Shown here piece after piece: positions 57,751 through 64,000 of a DNA stretch of 64,000 nt (positions within the stretch are counted from its first letter, which is position 1; each line of letters begins with the position of its first letter). The notes under the pieces are model-generated. The model saw only the letters and a list, made by a program, of their open reading frames with translations. It had not been told where the DNA came from and searched no databases. The position numbers were made by a program, and so were the translations under genes. This DNA comes from Patescibacteria group bacterium (GTDB lineage Bacteria; Patescibacteriota; Microgenomatia; Daviesbacterales; UBA10151), in contig CALRFD010000006.1 of assembly GCA_943356485.1 (NCBI GenBank), positions 7,450-71,449 of the forward strand. The letters run 5' to 3'.

Positions 57751-57838
57751 CATATTTTTTCCATAAAAAAACCTCCCATTTCGGGAGGTCTATTCCTTTC
57801 TCTTTTAGATTTTAATTAATCTAAAAAGACCTCCCTAA
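57751..57838 (-). repeat. 88-bp leader element, copy 1 (identical to 58505-58592): terminator/SD-sequestering hairpin + U7 + AUG mini-uORF, with upstream competing GGGAGG
   Basis: Exact 88/88 match. Minus strand reads UUAGGGAGGUCUUUUUAGAUUAAUUAAAAUCUAAAAGAGAAAGGAAUAGACCUCCCGAAAUGGGAGGUUUUUUUAUGG. Confidence 0.85.
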
Positions 57839-57952
57839 CGTTATCCCCCAAAAGGAGACTTTGTGTAAGAAGGCTAAGTAATAAGTTAAAATTTAGTTTT
57901 AAAGTTTTAATCATAAGATTGAATATATATTTAAATCATTTAATTGTCAAGT

Positions 57953-58507
57953 TTAAAAACAAGCAAATTGTCTTTCTAAATCTTTAATACTATTTATTCC
58001 AGGGACAACCCTGGGTTGTTTTCCTGTAGCAATTTGTTTAAAAGAAGATAGTGTTTCAGCTGAAGCTCTAATTAAATCTTGAACTAAAGCATCTGTAGAA
58101 AGTGGGTTACTATCACCATTTTCTCTTAATGCATCAATTACTTGTTCCGGTGTTGCTATTAGGCATGGCAGGTTACTAATACGAAATTTTCCAGAGTATC
58201 TTGCTCTATGATGACCATCAATAATAAATAATTGTATATTTTTGTTAGGAATAGCACAGACTAGAATAGGATTTTCATTCAAGTAGTTTATGCCTTGTTG
58301 AGCTAACCTTCGTTCTACCGAGGATCTTTTGCAACCGTCGTATTCCTCTCTAGTTTGAATTCCAAAAAGATGTATTCTTGGAATTAACAATCTAGGTGTC
58401 TTTGATTCTAAACTTTCTTTTAATTTATTCCCCTCTACGAATTGAAAGCTAGAGCAAGATAGCTGTCGTCTATCAATAATAGGTTTTTCCATTTCTAAAT
58501 AATTCAT
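57953..58507 (-). CDS. ParB/sulfiredoxin-fold (ParB-like nuclease domain) protein
   Basis: ...NPILVCAIPNKNIQLFIIDGHHRARYSGK... has the DGHHR-type motif of the ParB/Srx superfamily; 184 aa. Confidence 0.5.
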   Translation of the reverse strand: MNYLEMEKPIIDRRQLSCSSFQFVEGNKLKESLESKTPRLLIPRIHLFGIQTREEYDGCKRSSVERRLAQQGINYLNENPILVCAIPNKNIQLFIIDGHHRARYSGKFRISNLPCLIATPEQVIDALRENGDSNPLSTDALVQDLIRASAETLSSFKQIATGKQPRVVPGINSIKDLERQFACF

Positions 58508-58592
58508 ATTTTTTCCATAAAAAAACCTCCCATTTCGGGAGGTCTATTCCTTTCTCTTTTAGATTTTAATTAATCTAAAAAGACCTCCCTAA
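58505..58592 (-). repeat. 88-bp leader element, copy 2 (identical to 57751-57838); its uORF MEKI* overlaps the ATG of the ParB-like gene (ATGA)
   Basis: Exact duplicate; upstream promoter-like TTGACT-17-TACAAT at ~58700. Confidence 0.85.
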
Positions 58593-58752
58593 ATAACCAC
58601 CTGAAATGGTGGCCATAATAAGATGGAGGACGTATTTAATATTATTGATTTGATTTACTTTTAACATATATTTAAAAAAACTACAGACCTAAAGTCTATA
58701 GAATATATGAATTGTAATCCTAAATATTATAAAAGTCAAATTTGAAAAATAT

Positions 58753-59922
58753 TTATAGTAAAACTAATCTGCTGCTATGGCTTTTCAATTCATCAATTGC
58801 CTCGCCCTGTTTTAAGTGATTGTTTGTGGCAAAAGATAAATAAAAAGCATATTCGCCTAACATTCCGGTAGCCAAAGAATCTATTGCTATTAAATCTATA
58901 CCTCTTGTATGGAAAGGTTTTATCGCATTTTTTAAACTCCCGACAGTATCTCTTAGTGTAAAAACTACAGTTGTTTTATCCTGGTATTTTGTCCCATTAA
59001 TTACTCCACCTCTAAGCTTTTCTACGATTTCTTCCATGTTTAATTCCCAAGGTATACTTGGTGGTAAATACTGTGCAATTGGATATGAACCAGCAGATCT
59101 AATTCCTACACCCTGTTTATATAATCCGCTTAGAGCTTTTATTAATGGCCGATCCTCCTGATGTCCTAATAAATCCATCCAGATGGTTTCAAAACCTCCA
59201 ACTTCGCCCAGAGACTTTATTCTTGAGAGGTTTATTCCCTCGTCTGTTAAAACTTCAAGAGCTGAAAATAAGCCGCCAGGTCTGTTTGGTATTTGAGCGA
59301 TTAAGGTTGATTTACTTTCTCCTTCATGTGGGTTTGTTTCTCCATTTTGAATACCAACAACTGCAAAGCGGGTAGTATTTAAGGCGTTGTCTTGTTGGTT
59401 ATTTAATTGTTGTAAAATATCGGTCAATTGATTTATAGCTCCTGCCATGCTTGGGCCAACCCCAGCAAGTTTTGGATTTCCTGCTGCTTCCAGGATTGCA
59501 GCTACTGTACTATCTCTATCTTCAAACTTAGCATTAGGAAAGTTTTTATTGGCGTTTTTTCTAACCTGTCCTAGTGCTGTATCTTTGGATGCAACAATTT
59601 CGATTTCTTCCCTAGGGACGCCTTTTTGCCAATAAATACTTTGACTAATTGGATGGTTTATCTCGCGGATGATTCTAAAAGGAATATTTTTAAAAGCAAT
59701 TAAAGCATCATTAACTGCTCCTTCAGTAGAATTTTCTATTGGTACTATTCCCTGTTGAGCTTTTCTCTCGAATACCGCCTGACAAACTAAAGCGATATTG
59801 GAGCATGGAATTAGAGTTGTATTCTTGTATTCAGAGCCGGAGAGCCTTACTCCGGTAGCTACCTCATAGGAGAAGGATCCTTCTGGACTTAAGTATGCTA
59901 ATGTTTCTATTTGTTTATTCAT
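58753..59922 (-). CDS. pheA: prephenate dehydratase-like protein (PDT domain + tandem ACT domains)
   Basis: YLSPEGSFSYEVA..., VPIENSTEGAVND..., ...TTRFAVVG..., ACT region STLIAQIPNRPGGLFSALEVLTDEGINLSRIKS; extra C-terminal ACT-like domain. Confidence 0.7.
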   Translation of the reverse strand: MNKQIETLAYLSPEGSFSYEVATGVRLSGSEYKNTTLIPCSNIALVCQAVFERKAQQGIVPIENSTEGAVNDALIAFKNIPFRIIREINHPISQSIYWQKGVPREEIEIVASKDTALGQVRKNANKNFPNAKFEDRDSTVAAILEAAGNPKLAGVGPSMAGAINQLTDILQQLNNQQDNALNTTRFAVVGIQNGETNPHEGESKSTLIAQIPNRPGGLFSALEVLTDEGINLSRIKSLGEVGGFETIWMDLLGHQEDRPLIKALSGLYKQGVGIRSAGSYPIAQYLPPSIPWELNMEEIVEKLRGGVINGTKYQDKTTVVFTLRDTVGSLKNAIKPFHTRGIDLIAIDSLATGMLGEYAFYLSFATNNHLKQGEAIDELKSHSSRLVLL

Positions 59923-60060
59923 ATATTTTTCTCCCTGTCCGCAACGACTTCGTAAACTCGTCTTGCGTGTCGGGCGGGCATAAAAAAACCTCCGGTATAA
60001 AACGGAGGTAAGTTGATTTTCACAAAAACCAACCTCCGTTTAAACGAAGGTAAAAAAGAA
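59923..60060 (-). promoter_or_regulatory. pheA-like leader: two SD-like hairpins (CCUUCG..CGGAGG; CCUCCG-UUUUAUAC-CGGAGG-U7) then AUG of a 20-codon uORF whose UGA overlaps the pheA AUG
   Basis: Same grammar as the 88-bp element; uORF MPARHARRVYEVVADREKNI*. Confidence 0.45.
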
Positions 60061-60144
60061 ATTAAAGTTTTCTCTTTGGTTTTGCATGTAGGTTAATTTA
60101 TCAAAGATTCTTCATCTTGTCAACTATTATCTTTAGCTGTTATT

Positions 60145-61497
60145 ATGCAATGGATGAAAGATCGGACATTAATTTTAGATTGTAAAAATGAAATTGGAAA
60201 GCAGGTCAATATTTATGGCTTTGTGCAGGTTAGGCGCGACCATGGCAAAATTCAGTTTTTAGATGTTTCAGACAGAACCGGAATTATGCAGGTTGTTTTG
60301 GGTGGGGGGAAGGGGACTGATATCAGGGCGCAAGATGTTGTTAAGATCTTAGGACAGGTTAACAAAAGGCCGGAGCATTTAGTTAATAAAAACATTCCAA
60401 CCGGTGAGATAGAAATTTACTCTGAAGAATTTGAAGTCTTATCAAAAGCTGAAGAGTTGCCTTTCGATATGGGGGGGAAGGATTTAAACCTGCAACTACC
60501 AACCTTATTAGACTTTAGGCCGCTAACTTTAAGACATCCAAAAGTTAAACAGATATTTAAAGTGCAAGAGGCTATTATTGATGGATTTCGAAGAACCTGC
60601 CAAAGTTTAGGTTGTACAGAAATAGTTGTTCCTACAATAGCTGCATCATCTACAGAAGGAGGAGCTGAAGTTTTTAAGTTAGATTACTTTGGTCACAAAG
60701 CCTTTATGACTCAAAGCCCCCAGCTTTACAAACAGATGCTAATTCCTGTATTTGAAAGAGTCTATACAATTTCTCATGCTTATCGTGCAGAGCCGTCTGT
60801 AACAACAAGACACCTGACAGAGGTTACTCAGATGGACTTAGAATTTGGATTTTGCGAATTTCCAGAGTTATTAGATCTTTTAGAAAAAGTTGCAACAGAC
60901 ACTTTGAAATATGCCGAAGATCAAAATGAAAAAGCTCTGAAGGAATTTGGTATAGAAAAAATAGCTTTTGGCTCGCCTCGTGGCGAAGCGGGGAGTATCC
61001 CCAGACTTACTTTAAGGGAAGCACAGGAGTTAATTTTAAAGGAATTTGGGCGGGATAATAGAAAGGAAAAAGATTTAACTCCGCAAGATGAGCTAGATTT
61101 ATGTAAGTGGGCTTTAGAAAAACATAATAGTGATTTTGTAACTGTGACCCACTTTCCTACAAAAGCTAAACCTTTTTATACAAAACCAGATCCAAAAGAT
61201 CCTGAATATTCCTTGAGCTATGATTTGTTATTTAGAGGTGTTGAAGTTTTGAGCGGTAGTCAGAGAATTAATGATTATAAGCAGTTAGTGGAGAGTATTA
61301 AATTAAGAGGTATGGATCCTAAGGAGTTTGAGTTATATCTGATGGCTTTCAAATTCGGAATGCCTCTTGAGGGTGGATTTTCATTTGGGTTGGAAAGATT
61401 AACTATGCATATGTTAAATTTAGCTAATGTTAGAGAAGCAAGTCTTTTTCCAAGAGACATGGAGAGGGTAGATATCAGGTTAAATAAAAGTTCCTAA
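60145..61497 (+). CDS. aspS: class IIb aminoacyl-tRNA synthetase, archaeal-type AspRS/AsnRS (~450 aa)
   Basis: N-terminal OB anticodon-binding domain; class II motifs (FRGVEVLSGSQR, GGFSFGLERL). Confidence 0.8.
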   Translation: MQWMKDRTLILDCKNEIGKQVNIYGFVQVRRDHGKIQFLDVSDRTGIMQVVLGGGKGTDIRAQDVVKILGQVNKRPEHLVNKNIPTGEIEIYSEEFEVLSKAEELPFDMGGKDLNLQLPTLLDFRPLTLRHPKVKQIFKVQEAIIDGFRRTCQSLGCTEIVVPTIAASSTEGGAEVFKLDYFGHKAFMTQSPQLYKQMLIPVFERVYTISHAYRAEPSVTTRHLTEVTQMDLEFGFCEFPELLDLLEKVATDTLKYAEDQNEKALKEFGIEKIAFGSPRGEAGSIPRLTLREAQELILKEFGRDNRKEKDLTPQDELDLCKWALEKHNSDFVTVTHFPTKAKPFYTKPDPKDPEYSLSYDLLFRGVEVLSGSQRINDYKQLVESIKLRGMDPKEFELYLMAFKFGMPLEGGFSFGLERLTMHMLNLANVREASLFPRDMERVDIRLNKSS

Positions 61498-61505
61498 CTG
61501 TAATA

Positions 61506-62423
61506 ATGAGATATTATTTTTATTCAATTGGTATAATTATTTTTGCATGCTTTTTAGCAACGGTATTACCAATATTCGCAAATTCTATCGATGAGAATCT
61601 AGTCTCACTAGAAATACCTAAAAACAACTCTGCGATAGCAGGGATTCAAAAATATAACATACCCCCTATTAGTAAAAACATAGAGGTACCTCAACTCTCC
61701 GCCAGGGCAATCTTTGTTAAGGATTTAACTACAGGAACTATACTTTATCAAAAAAATGCTACAGATCAGATCCCTATAGCCTCTACTACAAAAATTATGA
61801 CTGCCTTAGTTGCGAGCGAATACTTTAATCAAAATTCGCTTTTGGTGATAAAGCAATCAGCTCAAACTCCCGGTTCAAAGGTGGGTTTAAATTTTGGTGA
61901 GAGTTTATCTTTTCGATCTTTGCTTTATGGTATGCTGCTTAACTCCGGTAATGACGCTGCTTTTGCTATTGCAGAAAATTATCCAGGTGGAGTTTTAGGG
62001 TTTATTTCAGCGATGAATAAAAAAGTTATGAGTTTAGGATTAAAAAATACCCATTTTGATAATCCTGCAGGATTTGATAGTCTTAGCCATTATTCATCTG
62101 CAAAAGATTTAGATGCAATCACGGAAGAGGCACTAAAGTATGATCAATTGGCCAAAATTTTTGCAACAAGAGAAACAAATATCGTCTCTGCCGATAAAAA
62201 ATACACACACCAGCTAACTAATTTGAATAAATTGCTGACATCAGTAAAAGGAGTATTAGGAGTAAAGACAGGATATACGGATATAGCTAAGGAAAATCTT
62301 GTGACTTTGGTTGAAAGAAATGAGCATAGGATATTAACAGTAGTTTTAGGTTCGGACGATAGATTTACAGACTCAACTAAATTAATTGAATGGGCGTATG
62401 TAAACTTTTTTTGGCCTTCATAG
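61506..62423 (+). CDS. D-alanyl-D-alanine carboxypeptidase (S11 family, PBP5/6-like)
   Basis: SxxK (ASTTKIMT), SGN (LNSGNDAA) and KTG motifs; N-terminal signal/TM. Confidence 0.8.
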   Translation: MRYYFYSIGIIIFACFLATVLPIFANSIDENLVSLEIPKNNSAIAGIQKYNIPPISKNIEVPQLSARAIFVKDLTTGTILYQKNATDQIPIASTTKIMTALVASEYFNQNSLLVIKQSAQTPGSKVGLNFGESLSFRSLLYGMLLNSGNDAAFAIAENYPGGVLGFISAMNKKVMSLGLKNTHFDNPAGFDSLSHYSSAKDLDAITEEALKYDQLAKIFATRETNIVSADKKYTHQLTNLNKLLTSVKGVLGVKTGYTDIAKENLVTLVERNEHRILTVVLGSDDRFTDSTKLIEWAYVNFFWPS

Positions 62424-62430
62424 CTTACAT

Positions 62431-63480
62431 TTACTTAGACGAATCAGTAAAATCATCAGAGATTGCAGGAACATATGCTAAAAAACCCTGACCTTCAAAT
62501 ACATAGATAGGCTGCAGATATGGGGTATAATTTTCAGGTAGGTAGTATCCTAAATAGATCGATGAAATAGAAACCTGAGCTTTATTTGGCTCTGAAATAA
62601 TAACTCCTTTCCCACCCTTTAAGTCAGCGTAGGCAGATTCTGTTGTTTTAATTGGATAGGTCGCACCAGTTGTTATATCTATTGGGAAGTAAATATATTG
62701 TAATGACAGATAATTTTCTAAATTTTCAGCAGACTTTACAACTATGGCGCTGACTAAGGCTTTGTTAAAATCCGGTGTAAATATCGACTTGTTATTTATA
62801 TTTTGTGGCCAAATAGATATTTGTACTGCTTGAGCTTCTGTTCTTAATTTTGTCTGAATAAAATCTTTGCCGTCAATTTTAAGCAGAGTTATTTTAGTTC
62901 TGCCTTTTTTAAATTCGTCTTTTAATACACCTAACGTACTCAAAACGTTTTCAAAATCTGTGATCAGTTTATCATCATTGTCTAAAGCTTCGTGTCCGGA
63001 AACAGTTGCATCTTTTGTATATAAAAAATTTCCTGTATCCAGGTTTATGCTTAGTGTTTTATCCTGGATTTGGAATTTATATTCTGTTTCGGATAAAATT
63101 TTAGGATCAAGGCTTATTCCAAATTTATCAGCCAGGTTTTGTGATTTTTCAGGCGAGAGTAAGGTAGCAAAAGATTTTGATACGTAATAGACCTTCATGA
63201 TTTTATCAAATCCAGGATCAGTGCCTATTTTGGGAAGAATTCCGGTTGAGGTGTCTATTGAATATGAAAAATTCGAGCTGGATACTGAGGATGTGGGTAG
63301 ATCAGGGTGAGGGAGTAAACCAAATTTTAGGTCTGGTTTTTCTTCAATCGGAGGCAGGTGAGCAATATAATATGCGTGCCATATTTTATATCCACTAAAG
63401 CTGATTGTGCCTAAAAAAGACATGACTAAAAAAATTGCAATTACTCTTTTTGTTAAGGCAGCAGTTTGAGTCAGAGTCAT
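62431..63480 (-). CDS. hypothetical exported/membrane-anchored protein (349 aa)
   Basis: N-terminal TM helix; Ser/Thr-rich; no recognisable family. Confidence 0.45.
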   Translation of the reverse strand: MTLTQTAALTKRVIAIFLVMSFLGTISFSGYKIWHAYYIAHLPPIEEKPDLKFGLLPHPDLPTSSVSSSNFSYSIDTSTGILPKIGTDPGFDKIMKVYYVSKSFATLLSPEKSQNLADKFGISLDPKILSETEYKFQIQDKTLSINLDTGNFLYTKDATVSGHEALDNDDKLITDFENVLSTLGVLKDEFKKGRTKITLLKIDGKDFIQTKLRTEAQAVQISIWPQNINNKSIFTPDFNKALVSAIVVKSAENLENYLSLQYIYFPIDITTGATYPIKTTESAYADLKGGKGVIISEPNKAQVSISSIYLGYYLPENYTPYLQPIYVFEGQGFLAYVPAISDDFTDSSK

Positions 63481-63530
63481 ATTCGGAATACTATTATTAT
63501 ACTAGAATGGACAGTATAATATGAGCATCT

Positions 63531-64000
63531 ATGAATATTAGAACTAGAATAGCTCCTTCTCCAACAGGTGAAGATCTGCATATTGGAAATATCTATACAG
63601 GATTAATTAACTGGACTTTTGCAAACAAAAATAAAGGTCAGTTTATTATCAGGATTGAAGATACGGATAGAACCCGCTTGGTTGAAGGCTCGGAACAAAG
63701 AATACTAAACTCTCTCAAAAAATTTGGTTTAAATTATAACGAGGGTCCGGATATTGGAGGGGAATATGCTCCGTATAGACAATCAGAAAGAAAAGAAACT
63801 TATAAAAAATATGCGGAAGAGTTAGTAGAAAAAGGAGCAGCATATTATTGTTTTTGCTCAAAAGAGAAATTAGAAGAGATTAAGTCAAAAGAACAAAAGA
63901 AAGGAGATTTTAAAAGACATATTTTTTTATGTGAGGAATTTGATAAAAATTTGATTAAAGAAAAAATAGAAAATAAAGAAAGTTTTGTAATTAGGTTAAA
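63531..64000 (+). CDS. gltX: glutamyl-tRNA synthetase (N-terminal fragment; continues past window end)
   Basis: MNIRTRIAPSPTGEDLHIGNIYTGLINWTFA...IIRIEDTDRTR (HIGH-region motifs); TATAAT at 63514. Confidence 0.85.
   Translation, partial: MNIRTRIAPSPTGEDLHIGNIYTGLINWTFANKNKGQFIIRIEDTDRTRLVEGSEQRILNSLKKFGLNYNEGPDIGGEYAPYRQSERKETYKKYAEELVEKGAAYYCFCSKEKLEEIKSKEQKKGDFKRHIFLCEEFDKNLIKEKIENKESFVIRL

Noticed and set aside
60110-60150. Possible leaderless aspS transcript (TTGTCA-17-TATTAT immediately abutting the ATG).
   Set aside because: Hexamer assignment is ambiguous in AT-rich DNA and a second in-frame ATG lies 6 nt downstream; cannot be supported without TSS data.
1-64000. CRISPR arrays, rRNA genes, canonical tRNA genes, tmRNA, SRP RNA, transposases/integrases.
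   Set aside because: No regularly spaced direct repeats, no 16S/23S/5S signature blocks, no canonical cloverleaf besides the degenerate tRNA-Pro-like element, no GGUUCGAAUCC T-arm/ACCA tmRNA ends, no SRP AGGUCCGGAAGGAAGCAGC box, and no DDE/tyrosine-recombinase-like ORFs detected by eye.

Overview
AT-rich (~35-38% GC) bacterial chromosomal segment with very short intergenic spacers. Ribosomal proteins carry lineage-specific extensions, L30 is absent and S14 is the Zn-type rpsZ, which points to a reduced, CPR/Patescibacteria-like genome (inference). The first ~25 kb is an almost complete str-S10-spc-alpha ribosomal super-operon: rpoC' - rpsL - rpsG - fusA - [gpsA + membrane protein] - tuf - rpsJ - rplCDWB - rpsS - rplV - rpsC - rplP - rpmC - rpsQ - rplNXE - rpsZ - rpsH - rplFR - rpsE - rplO - secY - adk - map - infA - rpmJ - rpsMKD - rpoA - rplQ - rplM - rpsI. 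Housekeeping genes follow: PMM/PGM, a SAM-riboswitch-controlled metK, cobQ, recA-recX, a frameshifted rny, hup, an ABC-2 transporter, three tandem GT-C membrane glycosyltransferases, miaA, rnpB on the minus strand, comM, secD/secF, cca, recJ, pheA-like, aspS/asnS, dacA-like and a gltX 5' fragment. Observations that annotation does not explain: (1) two families of short GC-rich palindromic elements sit in-frame inside conserved genes (map, recJ and S17; miaA and cca), reminiscent of Rickettsia RPEs; (2) DNA modules encoding low-complexity C-terminal tails are duplicated between different ribosomal protein genes (L3/S17 and L4/L29); (3) leaders in an island of four independently transcribed minus-strand genes (56.8-60.1 kb) share one grammar: a terminator hairpin whose 3' arm is a GGAGG Shine-Dalgarno, a U7 tract, an AUG opening a mini-uORF and an upstream competing GGAGG. 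An 88-bp version of this leader is exactly duplicated in front of a ParB/Srx-like gene and its neighbour; (4) a minimal RNase P RNA with covariation-supported P4; (5) an NrdR zinc-ribbon-only mini-ORF overlapping cobQ; (6) a degenerate tRNA-Pro-like remnant in a divergent promoter region; (7) a GreA-N-terminal-domain-only mini-protein fused to the start of fusA.
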